From: Ascoidea asiatica JCM 7603
Lineage: Eukaryota; Fungi; Ascomycota
Direction: 5' to 3'
Length of the DNA stretch: 64,000 nucleotides
NCBI GenBank assembly: GCA_001600695.1
Contig: BCKQ01000004.1
Coordinates: forward strand, 209,708-273,707
How positions within the stretch are numbered: the stretch's first letter is position 1; every line of letters begins with the position of its first letter. Both the position numbers and the translations under genes were made by a program. This document shows positions 48,315-60,349 of the stretch, piece after piece. The notes under the pieces are model-generated. The model made no database searches. It had not been told where the DNA came from and saw only the letters and a program-made list of their open reading frames with translations.

Positions 48315-49223
48315 TTACTCTTCATCAGAATCTTCATCACCAGACACTTCCTGAGCTCTTTTTTCTTCATTTTCCATTAAAGCTTCTAATTCAGCATCAT
48401 CATTAGCAGTAACAGCTTTTGGACTCATTTTAATTCTACATTCTCCATCGAATTTTTCAATTTCTTCTTTAATAGTTTGAATTGCTTCTTCTAATAAATG
48501 AATACCTTTTTCTTTATCAAGACTTTGAGTTGATAAAACATATAAAGGTGCAGCAATTAATTTTGCTTTAATTTCAATATGAGGAATTGAAACAGATTCA
48601 CCAGCTCTTAAAGCCTTTTTTATTGCTTCAACACCTTGAATATGAAAACAAGAAACTTCAATATCTGCTCTAATTTTTGTTGCTTGTGGTGTTAATCTTC
48701 TTGCAACATAAGTTTTTAATTCTTCTAATAAATCATTTGAAGGAGATTTAATATCTTCAAATACTTCTGGATTTGTAATTGAAGATTTAAAAGCATCATA
48801 TGCATTACCATATTTTCGACTTAATGGCCATCCAATTGATTTATATAAAGTTTCTAAAGGTACATTAAATTTTTCAGCACAATGACGTAAAATTGAATGA
48901 ACTGCTTTACCTTTTGAATATCTTTCTTCACATTTTCTAGCATCTTCTTGTGATACATTACTTTTACTTAAATCAATATATCCTTTTTCTTTATCAACTC
49001 TTAAAACTGCTAAAACTTCATTTTTACCAACTCTGATTAATTTTTGAATAGATCTAATACGACGTCTTGTTAATTCTGATAATAATACCATACCTTCTAA
49101 ATTATCATATTCTAATAATTTAACATATGCTCCCATTTCTTCAATTTGTTGTACATTTACCATTACAATCTCTCCAATTTCTGGAAATTTATTTTCATAA
49201 AATCTACAATTTGTTGTACTCAT
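48315..49223 (-). CDS. SUI2: Translation initiation factor eIF2-alpha
   Basis: CRFYENKFPE, MGAYVKLLEY, SELTRRRIRSI, KGYIDLS, acidic C-terminal tail; adjacent to MHO1 as in S. cerevisiae. Confidence 0.97.
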   Translation of the reverse strand: MSTTNCRFYENKFPEIGEIVMVNVQQIEEMGAYVKLLEYDNLEGMVLLSELTRRRIRSIQKLIRVGKNEVLAVLRVDKEKGYIDLSKSNVSQEDARKCEERYSKGKAVHSILRHCAEKFNVPLETLYKSIGWPLSRKYGNAYDAFKSSITNPEVFEDIKSPSNDLLEELKTYVARRLTPQATKIRADIEVSCFHIQGVEAIKKALRAGESVSIPHIEIKAKLIAAPLYVLSTQSLDKEKGIHLLEEAIQTIKEEIEKFDGECRIKMSPKAVTANDDAELEALMENEEKRAQEVSGDEDSDEE

Positions 49224-49824
49224 TTTGATATTGGATATTTGATATTTTATATTTGATATTTTATATTTGATATTTGATATTTGATATTTGATCTGTTTCT
49301 TTTCTATTATGATTGCTATAGTATTTATGGTATTCTAGTATACTAACACTATCCTATTGTTATCCCAATAATATATCTAATCGCTATCTAAATACTATTT
49401 CAATAAAATGATCTCCAGACTGCTCTTCTTCTTCTTCTTCTTCTGTTTCTCCTTCTGTTTCTCCTTCGTCTTCTCTCTGAGATTATTTGTCATTTACAAA
49501 ACTGAACTTTTCAAGCAAATTTTTTCTGAGCGGATTCAAAACACACACTTAGGGCAGAAGGGACTATGTTAAGGTATATCCAGGACATTCTAGCCCCATT
49601 TCACGTGCGTCGCCGGTTGTGTGGTTCTTCTTTGTCCCGACACCGCTGGAGTTCATTTTCCTCGCTGTGATTTTGAACGATGGTGAAATCAGCGACAGAA
49701 ATAAAACAACGATGATAAAGATAATAGAGAAAATAGAAATAGTTTTGAAATGGTAATTGAAATACAACTGAAATAATAACTAAATATCAATTATATTCAT
49801 ATTCATCTCTTCAATATATCTTCA

Positions 49825-50748
49825 ATGGCTGGTCTAAGTTTTGAAAACTATCAGAGAAATCAATATCTTTCTGATAAAGGGTTTGCAACTCCAAAGGCAA
49901 CTTCTACTGGTACTACAATCGTAGGATGTATGTTCGACGGTGGCGTTGTTGTAAGTATAATATTATTCATTATTCAATTAATCATTAATCAATTAATCAA
50001 CTAATTAGTTTATAATTCTAACATTCAATTATTCTTTTTCAATTTAATAAAGATTGCAGCTGATACAAGAGCAACTGCTGGTCCAATAGTTGCTGATAAA
50101 AATTGTGAAAAATTACATAGAATATCACCTCATATTTGGTGTGCAGGTGCTGGAACTGCAGCTGATACTGAAATGGTAACTCAATTAATTAGTTCAAATA
50201 TTGAATTACATTCTTTATATACAAATAGACAACCAAGAGTTATAACAACTTTAACTTTAACAAAACAACATTTATTTAAATATCAAGGTCATATTGGTGC
50301 TTATTTAATTGTTGCAGGTACTGATCCAACTGGTGCTCATTTATATTCAATTCAAGCTCATGGTTCAACTGATTTAGGTTATTATCAATCTTTAGGTTCT
50401 GGTTCACTTGCTGCAATGGCTGTTTTAGAAACAAAATGGAAAAAAAATTTAACTAAAAATGAAGCAATGGATTTATGTTCTGAAGCAATTCAATCTGGTA
50501 TTTGGAATGATTTAGGTTCTGGTTCAAATGTTGATATTTGTGTAATGGAAATTGATAAAGATGCTGTTTTATATAGAAATTATTTAACTCCAAATATTAG
50601 AGAAGAAAAAGTTAAAAGTTATAAATTTAAAAGAGGTGCAACTCAATATTTAAAAGAATCAACAATTTATAATTCTTGTGATCTTATATCTGAAGAAGAA
50701 TTTATAAATACTTCTTCAATTCCAGAACCTATGGAAGTTGATACTTAA
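49825..50748 (+). CDS. PUP1: 20S proteasome beta2 subunit; join(49825..49950, 50053..50748), about 273 aa
   Basis: MAGLSFENYQRN propeptide, catalytic G|TTIVG, spliced to IAADTRATAGPIVADKNCEKLH; SLGSGSLAA. Confidence 0.96.
49951..50052 (+). other. Spliceosomal intron (102 nt)
   Basis: GTAAGT...TTCTAAC...AAG; restores the conserved GVV|IAADTR. Confidence 0.92.
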
Positions 50749-50830
50749 TGATCATTATTATCTATTATTTTATATATATACAGTATATATATATATATAT
50801 TATTAATTAAAAAATTTTAAATTTTAAATC

Positions 50831-52222
50831 TTAATTGGAAATTTTTGATTGAAAATAATTAAATTGTTCTAAAATTTGATCTCTAATTTGAGAACTACTT
50901 AATTTATCATTAAATATATCAAAATTTTTATTTTTTTTAATTTTTGTTTCATTTTCAATATCACTAATTACATTAATTATATGAATTTTTAATGGATTTA
51001 AATTTTTTTTAATTCTTTCATTATTAACTAAAATCCCACCTTTAAAAGTTTCTTTAGTTACAATTATTGATTGAATATTATTATTTAAAGCAGGACCAAT
51101 TGGATCATTTAATTCAGTAATTTTAATAATTAAATTATGTTTTAAATTTGATTTTAATTTATTTAAAAATTTTAAAATATTTTTTTTTCTTAAATTAAAA
51201 GATTGTAAAAAAATTAAATTTTTTTTCTTAATTAATAAACCTGGTCCAACTAAACCAATATATAAAATTTTTGAAGTTATAAAAGAACATGTTGATAATA
51301 AAATTTTATGACCATCATGTAAATGATCAAAAGTTCCACCAACTGATGATATTTCATAAAAATCTTTACCAATATTGTTTGAATCTGAATCATAATTAAG
51401 ACTATCACTATTTTTCAAAGTTTCTGAATCTTCATTTGAATCACTTGAATCGGAAACAGAATCATTTAAATCTTCACTGAAATTTTCAATAGAATTACTT
51501 CTTGAATTACTTTTTGAATTACTTTTTGAATTATTATCTAGTTCATTCATTGAATCTTGAATTAAATCACTATTTGAATAATTCAAATCATCTAAATTAT
51601 CATTTGAATCATTTAAAGGAAATATTTTTAAATTTTTTTTATTAAATTTCAAAGAAGATAAATTTAAAAATTTATTAATTATTGAAAATTTATTTGAAAT
51701 TATTAAATTATAATTATAAAAATTTAAGTTATTATTATTAATATTAAAATCTAAATTACTTAAATTAAATAAAATTTGAGTGAAAATATTTGGATTAATA
51801 AATATTAAATTTTGTTTATTACTATTAACAAATTTTTTTTTTAAAATAAATAATTTTTTATTAATAATTTTTCTTGAGAAATTATAAAAAAAAGTTAAAA
51901 TTTTTTCTAAATCATTTGAATTTTTAATGATTGGTAATAAATAAAAATCTAAATATTTTTTATTATTAATTAAAATTTTTGAATCATTTAAAAATTGATT
52001 AAAATAATTAAATTTTTCATCAGATTTTGATAAATTATTAAAATTAATTAAAAATTTTTTAAAAATTGAATTATTTTTATCGATTAAATAAGTATCCAAA
52101 GGATTTGATAATAAAAGATCAATTGAATTTTCAATAATTGATTTATATTTATAAGGATTTTTAAAATCAGAAATTATAATTGCAATTGAGTTTATATTCT
52201 TAGATGAATTAGATTCTGACAT
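50831..52222 (-). CDS. CAB4: Phosphopantetheine adenylyltransferase
   Basis: VGGTFDHLHDGHKILL, LNDPIGP, IIVTKET, KLSSS. Confidence 0.88.
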   Translation of the reverse strand: MSESNSSKNINSIAIIISDFKNPYKYKSIIENSIDLLLSNPLDTYLIDKNNSIFKKFLINFNNLSKSDEKFNYFNQFLNDSKILINNKKYLDFYLLPIIKNSNDLEKILTFFYNFSRKIINKKLFILKKKFVNSNKQNLIFINPNIFTQILFNLSNLDFNINNNNLNFYNYNLIISNKFSIINKFLNLSSLKFNKKNLKIFPLNDSNDNLDDLNYSNSDLIQDSMNELDNNSKSNSKSNSRSNSIENFSEDLNDSVSDSSDSNEDSETLKNSDSLNYDSDSNNIGKDFYEISSVGGTFDHLHDGHKILLSTCSFITSKILYIGLVGPGLLIKKKNLIFLQSFNLRKKNILKFLNKLKSNLKHNLIIKITELNDPIGPALNNNIQSIIVTKETFKGGILVNNERIKKNLNPLKIHIINVISDIENETKIKKNKNFDIFNDKLSSSQIRDQILEQFNYFQSKISN

Positions 52223-52569
52223 TTTATTTATATTAAACGAATTCCAAAAAGGATAAATAAGTCAGTCAGTATGAGATATTGATAATAAGATATATTCATC
52301 TGAATTAAATAAATCAAGGAAAGAGTATATAAAAGAATAAATAAATAAAAAAGAAAAGAAAAGAAAAGATATCAGATAAGAAGAACAAGATAAAAAGAAG
52401 TAATTAGTTATCAGTATTTCTTCTAGCTTTGGTTTATAAATCAAACCTTTATTTTATAACATGTCTTGATTTTTATCTCGAGCTCTGCTTAAAAGCAGTA
52501 TTTACTGATGTTTACTGATGTTTATTGATGTTTATGTGATTTGGTGAGTCTCGGTCGAAACTCGACACA

Positions 52570-52648
52570 GCGATGAGAAAAGAGCACGTGGGCAGAGGAG
52601 ACCAGGGTAGCGGGTGGTTTAGTCAAGTCATGTGATACGTTCGATGAG
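52570..52648. promoter_or_regulatory. PAC motifs (GCGATGAG 52570, CGATGAG 52642) and E-boxes (52585, 52629) upstream of CAB4
   Basis: Exact motif matches. Confidence 0.5.
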
Positions 52649-52800
52649 ACCATTTGTTTGGGTCTTTTTATTTTTTAAAATATATTCAGCTTATTTTTAT
52701 TATTATTATTTAATTTACTTATTTATTTATGAGATAGTTTATGGATTATATATACTGGATAATAGATTAGAATATATTAAAAAGGAGAAAATAAAATGAA

Positions 52801-53616
52801 TTAATCGAGAGCTAATATTTTTTTAATTTCAGCTATTGCTTTACCAGGATTTAAACCTTTTGGACAAGTTCTTGTACAATTTAAAATAGTATGACATCTA
52901 TAAAGGGACATTGAATTTTGTAACATTTCTTTTCTAAAATTAGTTGCTTCATCTCTTGAATCTATTAACCATCTATAAGCTTGCATTAAGACAGCAGGAC
53001 CAAGATATTCTTGTTGATTCCACCAATATGAAGGACAAGAAGTTGAACAACATGCACATAATATACATTCATATAAACCATCTAATTTTTTTCTATCTTG
53101 TATAGATTGTAAATTTTCTTTACCATCAACAGGAATTTCTTTTTTTTTTTGTAAATATGGTTGAATTGATTTATATTGTTTATAAAAATGAGTTAAATCA
53201 GGTACTAAATCTCTTACAACAAACATATGTGGTAATGGATAAATTTTTGTTGGATTTGAAACATTTTTATCAATTCTACAAAGACAAGCTAAAGTATTTT
53301 TACCTTCAATATTCATTGCACATGAACCACAAATACCTTCTCTACAAGATCTTCTAAAAGTTAAAGTTGAATCTTGTTCATTTTTAATTTTTAATATAGC
53401 ATCTAAAATCATTGGACCACATTGATTTAAATCAACTTTATATTCTTTTAATTGAGGTTTAATTTCAGGAGTATCTGGAGACCATCTATAAATTTTAAAA
53501 GTTTTAATTAAAGCAGGTTTTGTTGCAGTTGTTGCTAAATTTCTTGAAAAACTTTGATTTATAATAACACTGTTATTAATATAAGAAGTTGATTTAAGAA
53601 TTGAATTTTTAAACAT
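52801..53616 (-). CDS. SDH2: Succinate dehydrogenase iron-sulfur subunit
   Basis: [36 protein letters not shown]. Confidence 0.98.
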   Translation of the reverse strand: MFKNSILKSTSYINNSVIINQSFSRNLATTATKPALIKTFKIYRWSPDTPEIKPQLKEYKVDLNQCGPMILDAILKIKNEQDSTLTFRRSCREGICGSCAMNIEGKNTLACLCRIDKNVSNPTKIYPLPHMFVVRDLVPDLTHFYKQYKSIQPYLQKKKEIPVDGKENLQSIQDRKKLDGLYECILCACCSTSCPSYWWNQQEYLGPAVLMQAYRWLIDSRDEATNFRKEMLQNSMSLYRCHTILNCTRTCPKGLNPGKAIAEIKKILALD

Positions 53617-53985
53617 ATTGATTATTGTAGTTATAAATATATGATAATGAATATGATACTGAATTAAATGAAAAGAATATCAATATTAATATTGATTTGA
53701 TATTAATACGAATAATAACGATAGTAGAATAGAATACAACAGGAATATAGAAATAGAAATAGAAATAGAAATATAATACAGTGATGATTATGATTATAAT
53801 TATGATTATGATTATGATTATGATAATAATAAACCCAATCAATCAATCACACAGTCAGCACTTCAGCTTACGCAGTAAATAAGTAAATATCGACAAAATC
53901 CAGTACTGAACAATTTCAATCTCAATTCGAACAGCTCTAATTTGATATTGTTGGAACATTTGATATTGATCTCAGTTGTATGGAG

Positions 53986-54024
53986 TCTTAACTATGCACT
54001 CTTAACTATGCACTCTTAACTATG
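53986..54024. repeat. 14-bp tandem repeat TCTTAACTATGCAC, about 2.8 copies
   Basis: Directly visible in the SDH2 promoter. Confidence 0.85.
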
Positions 54025-54685
54025 GAGATCCAATTCTCTCCTGGTTTGGAGACTCAACTGCTTTTCTGTCTGTCAGCAGCTTTTCCCGCGGCGTCATTGG
54101 CTCTTCTTTCCCAGGCTCCAGTCCTCCACGCGCTGTTTGCCCTGGGTTGTTCGGCCTCGCTCCCGATCACAGTCCAAGAATTCCAAGGATTCCAACGTTG
54201 AATAACAGCGCGCTTCCCTTCTTCCGCCGACGCGCTGACTAATATCCATCCCCCGGGTAGCTCCAGGAAAAGTGGCGTATACTAGCCACCGTGGCTAAAT
54301 ATTAAATGTCAGGTGACAATTCAGGATCCCAATACATGGTACTGCTCTTGCCACCACCAGCCATACGTGCCACCACCCCGTGCCACCACCCCGTGCCACC
54401 CCGTGCCGCAGCTCTGACAGCCGTTTCGCTTTATTTTACTTCATTCCATACAAAATGCCAATCCAAGAGAAAAGAGTATCACTTTCCAGTTATCAGTTGA
54501 TTCTTCTTCCTTTTCTTTTACTCTTCTTTTTTTATATCTTCTTTTCTTTTCTTTTCTTTTCTTATATTTGATTATTTCTTTCTATTATTATTATTAAATT
54601 ATATCCAAAACTTAATATTCAATCAATTATCAATATTATAATCAAACATCTTTCTTTATAATCTAATAATCTCTTTAAAACTTCT

Positions 54686-54830
54686 ATGGAATCTGATCAA
54701 AAACAAAAATCTCTGTCTTCAAAAAAATTTCAAATTAAATCAAAATTAAAATCTCAATTGAATTCTTCAATCAAAAAAAATAATAATAATAACAATAACA
54801 ACAATAACCACACCCACAACCACAACCACA

Positions 54831-54864
<34 letters not shown>

Positions 54865-57265
54865 CTCAATAACCTCTTTAAAATATGATAACAATATAAC
54901 AACCGATCATAATAATAAAGAAGATAACTCAAAATTAATATCTTTAATATTCCCAGATATTAGAGCTTTTAATCATATCAAATCTTTATTTCCTTCAAAT
55001 TTTATTTATTCTTTTAAAAAAATTCAATTAATTGGTTTTGAATCTTATTTAGTACAACAATGGATATATTTAAGAAAAATTGGTACTTTAATAACTTCAT
55101 ATACTGGAAATTCAAATGATAAACTTATTGCTTATTTATTTCAATTCACTTCTTTAACCGCCGACACTTCATTAACCGCCAATAATAATAATAATACCAC
55201 CAATAATAATACTACCACTAATAATACTACCACTAATAATAATGATAAAAAAAATTCTCAATTCTTAAATAACTTATCAAATATACCTTCATCTTTAAAA
55301 TCTTATCTTAATGAATTAATTTATTTTCAAAAAACTAAAAAATTTTATTATAAAAATTTTGCTTATATCTTCATAACTAATTTATCTTTTTTTTATAATT
55401 TAAATGATGATTTATCTCTTAATTTATTAAAAATTAATAATAACTCAATTAATAATAATTTAGATATAAATTCATTATATTCTCAATTTATTATAAATTT
55501 TAATTTAAAAAAATTAAATTGTGGTTCAAGATCTGCTTTAATTTTTAATAATCCTTCAAATTTATCAATTAATAAATTTTATTCAATGTTTAAAATTAAT
55601 TTTAATAATAATTCTAATAATAATTCAAATTTATCATATTCTTTAAAACATTTAATTATTTATTTACAAATTTCTTTATATTATTTTAATTTATTACCTT
55701 CAAATTATATAAATGATGGTTTAATTTGTGAAAAAACTATAAATTCAATAAAAAAATTTTGGTCTTATTTTGGTTTTAATTTTTTTAAATTAAATTTAAT
55801 TAAAAAAAATTTAAATTCAAAAAATTTATTTAATAATTTATTTTTTTTAAAAATTTCAATTTCTGCAATTTTAAGTTCAATTATAAATTTATATTTAAGA
55901 TTATTATTTATAATTCCAAATGAAATTAATGTTAAAAAAGATCCTTTTGATATTTTAAATTTTTTAAATATCATTTTTCAATTTAAAAAAATTTATAAAA
56001 TTACTAACAACTATAATAATACTAGTAATAATATTACTAATAATAATTATTATTATTCATTTCTTGACTTAAAAACTATAGATTTAATTATAAATTTGAG
56101 TAATAATAAATTTAAAGATAATGAACTAAAATTTAAAAAATTTATTAAAAATCATTTAATTTTAAATAAATGGGATTTAAATTATATTGATTTAACTAAA
56201 AAAAATTTTAATAAATTAAAAAATAATATCACTGTCAATTCTTCAAATTCAGATATTCAATTTAATTCAAATATTATTGATAATAATAGTGATAATATTA
56301 TTATTAATGACAATAATATTAAAAATACTAATAATTCAAAAGAAAAGTCTACTTCTAATAATAATTCAATTGATAATAATATTAATATAAATGATAATAT
56401 TATCATGAAAAATAATGATAATGATAACGACAACATTAATATTAATAATAATAATAATAATGATGACAATGATAATGATAATGATAATGATAATACCAAT
56501 ACTACTACTACAAATAGTAATAGTAATAAAATATCTTTCAACATTAATGATATAAAATCATTTGACGATTTAAAAACTTTAGATATTGAAGAATTTATTT
56601 TAATGATTCAAGGTAAAAAATTAAAACATTTATGGTTTGGAATTGGTCAAGAAGTTGAATTTAATCCAAATGTTTTTAATTATTTAAATGATTTAAATTC
56701 AAACATTTCAAAATTAAACAATATAAATAATATTAATAATAATAATAATATTAATGATATTAATAATGATAATATTCCAAACAATATTACAAATAATAAT
56801 ATCACTAAAGATAATAATTGTAACTATAATTATAATTGTAATTTTCAATCTGATACAATTTCAAATGATGATAATCCCAATAGTCCAAGTTCTTTAAATA
56901 ATAATAATAATAAAAATGATAATTATAATTGTGAATATAATAATAATTCAATAGGAAATTCATCAAATTCAAAATCAAATAAACATAATTATTCTCAAAG
57001 TTTTGGCAATGCAATTTTTACAACTGCAATGGAAGGTAGTTCAAATTTAAATCTAAATTTAAATACAATTAAATCAAAAGGTAAAAAATTTCGTAATAAA
57101 TTTCATACAAAAACAAAATCTATTATAAATATTGATAATAATTCAAATTTAAATTCAAATATTGATTTAATTAATAATAATAGTAATGAAAATGAAATTG
57201 AATATAATTTAAAAAAAAATCATCGTTTGAATTCGAATTTTAATATAAACAATAAAAGTAATAGT

Positions 57266-57313
<48 letters not shown>

Positions 57314-57991
57314 AGCAGTGAAACAAGTAAAGTTGAATCAATTGTAACAACTGAAACTAGTTCATTATGCTCAGATTCCGATATTAATAATATTAGTAAA
57401 CTAAATATCAATATTAATAAAAATTTAAATAGAAGATCTTCATTTCCATTTATTAAAGAAGAAATAAATTTAAATAAACTTAATTATGATCATCCATATT
57501 TAGACAATCTATATTCTTTCAATAAAAATTATGATATTAATAATTCAGATGTCAAATCATTCAATGAAATTGAAGAAAACTTATCCAATTTTAAAATTAA
57601 ATATCCTTTTACTTTAACTTCAGAATATATAAGTAAATTAATTATAAAAAATAAAATTCTAAAAATAAATTCAAAAATTGAAAAAAAGAAGTATGAATAT
57701 TATGAGTTCAAAATTAATGATTTATTTTCAAAAATTATTTATAAGACTTTAGAAGTGAGTGAAATGATTAAAAATTTAAATACAGAAGTAAATTATAATT
57801 ATAAATTAAAAAATTCAAAACTTAAATCTAAATTAGCTGATTTACAATCACTTTATTTCAAATTAAAATATGAATTAAGAGTTTTAAAAATTAGAGTTAG
57901 AGATGTTGAAGTATCAACAGATGAATTTGATGATAAAATTAAATACTTTGAACAATATATCAATAAATATTTGCAACAACAGCCAAAATAA
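54686..57991 (+). CDS. Stb2/Stb6-family (Sin3-binding) protein, Asn-expanded
   Basis: LIFPD, GFESYLVQQW...ITSYTG, NLKKLNCGSRS, LQISLYYF...DGLICEKT, ETL-like KTLDI, LKHLW, C-terminal LKYELRVL...VRDVE; near FET3 as STB2 is in S. cerevisiae. Confidence 0.78.
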
Positions 57992-59400
57992 ATCAAAAAG
58001 ATATTGGAATGTTAGTTGAATAATTTTTTTTTCTGCCATTCACGCTGCTTTATATTTTTTTACTACTTTTAAATGACAGTAAGACGATGATATCATAGCC
58101 CGAGAACTATTTTTTTTACAATACCTTTGACATTATCTTTTACAATTTAAGGTGATTTTTTTTTCCTTTCTTTTTTTTTTTTTTATGAGTTATCATCTCA
58201 TAATAGAGCATTAGACTTGTTTTCCTCGGAAAAGAGCATCATTTCATATATCAATTAGAGCATCGTTCAGTAACACATAGAATTTACAAATTGAATTTTG
58301 TAAAATACATTTATTTTAGAAAACAAAAATCCAAAATTCTGTAGAACTTTAAAGTTGAAAATCTAGGAGCAACGAGTCCTATTTTCTGCATCTCGACGCA
58401 TGACAAATCACCTAAATCTTATTTCTTATCAAATGAAAACAACATCTAAAAATTGAAAATAAAAACACTTTGATTGTACAGTATTTGATACATAATCTTC
58501 AAAAAATGGAGTATAATATACTTTAAATTTAGATATTCAAAGAATAAGGAAATGAACAAACTTTGAATCTATTTTTTTTCTCATATAGACATTGCAACTA
58601 CTACCAATAGAAAATCGATAAATACTCAAATAAAAATCCAAATTGCTAGTTCTCAATTGTTCTATTAAGTTACTTATGAAGGATGTAAGAATCAGTATCT
58701 TTTGAAAAGACGAGATTTATATTAGACAATATGGTTTTCTTTTTTTTACTTCCTGAATGTATATTGTTATCGGAAGCTCTTCAATCTCAATATCACTTTA
58801 ATCCAGTCATGACCAATCACACCAGTGCCATTATCAAATGAGCCATCAATCTCATCTCTTGCTCTTCCTTCTCTTCACAACTTTCCTTTCTTCTTTCTTC
58901 TTTCTTCTTTCTTCTTTCTTCTTTCTTCTGATGAAATTTATAAATTTGCTCTTTCAAACTTTGTTTTTGTGCTCTGCCCTCGGATTTCGTGCAAAGCCCG
59001 AGAATTGAGATTTCCGGTGTATATTACTTCCATAAATAGCAGATTATTATAGTTGATAACCGGTGTTTCCGGTTGGTAGTGTGATTTATGGGAACTGAAC
59101 TGAGATTAACGTTGAATCAATGGATTCTGAGCAATGTTTTTGTTTTTATTCACAGGCCTTTGATTCGAATTAGATTTGAGAATAGTTTGAGAATAGTTTG
59201 AGAATATTCAATTACACTGAATCAAAGAATTAGAATTAAATTGCAACTTCAATTTCAATTTTGTTTGAGATCTAGATTTAGATTTGGTGAAATTTTTATG
59301 TGATTTACATCCTTTGGCTGAACTTTTAAACTTTCAAACGAAACAAATTATAATATTTAATTAAAATTTAATCAATAATTTACAGAATTTACTTGGAATA

Positions 59401-59969
59401 ATGTCTGGCTTACCTTCAAGTTTTGACAATAGAGAGGCTACCCTCGAGTAAGTTTATAAATACAGTATATATATTGACAGCAATTAACACAATCAAGATT
59501 ATATCCAACTAACAATGTCTTTATTATTCTTGTTTTTTTTTTCAAATTTAATTTTAGGGAGATGCCCTTTATAGAGCGTGTGAAATTTCATCTTAAGAGA
59601 GAACCTCTTGTTCCTTTAGGAACACTTTTAACTTGTGGTGCTGTATATTATGCTGCTCAAGCAATAAGAACTGGTAATAAACAAGGTGCTCAAAAATATT
59701 TCAGATATAGAGTTGGTTTTCAAGCTGCAACTATTGTTGCTTTAGTTGTTGGTGGTTTAATTTATGGTAATGAAAGTGTTGAAGCTAAAAAACAGAAAGA
59801 AGATTTACTAAGAGAAAAAGCAAAACTTAGAGAACAATTATGGATTGAAGAATTAGAAAGAAGAGATGAAGAATCAAAATTAAAAGTTAAAAGAGCAGAA
59901 ATAATGAAAGCTGCAAAATTAGCTAGAATTAATAAAGAAAAAGAATTAGAAAAACAAGATAAAAATTAA
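59401..59969 (+). CDS. RCF1: Respiratory supercomplex factor Rcf1 (HIG1 domain); join(59401..59447, 59558..59969), about 152 aa
   Basis: Spliced MSGLPSSFD...EEMPFIERV...[34 protein letters not shown]. Confidence 0.93.
59448..59557 (+). other. Spliceosomal intron (110 nt)
   Basis: GTAAGT...AACTAAC...TTTAG; phase 2, in frame. Confidence 0.9.
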
Positions 59970-60349
59970 ATAATTATCAAATTTATCTTATCTATTCGTA
60001 CTCAATCCGAAATCTATAAATATTTTTAATCTTAACAATCAACCTTACCTTTTATGTTATGTCTGTTTTCTATATTACTATTATTATGATGAATATTTAC
60101 AATTTTTTTTTATATTCGGTAAAAGAAACGAAATTAGAAACAAAGATAGAAACGAAAATTATTATTATTAAAATTTAGTCTGAATGAAATTAATGAAAAC
60201 AATATAAAATTATATATAGACATTGAAGAGAGTTTATATGATAAAAAGAAAAGAAAAATTTAGAAAAGTAAACTGAAAAAAAAAAATAGATTTGAGTTAA
60301 TTTTTTTTTTTTAAAAATTAAGCCAAAAAAATTTATGTTTTTATTTTTT

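Noticed and set aside
59080-59150. C/D snoRNA candidate (several CTGA boxes)
   Set aside because: No good C box and no convincing rRNA-complementary guide.
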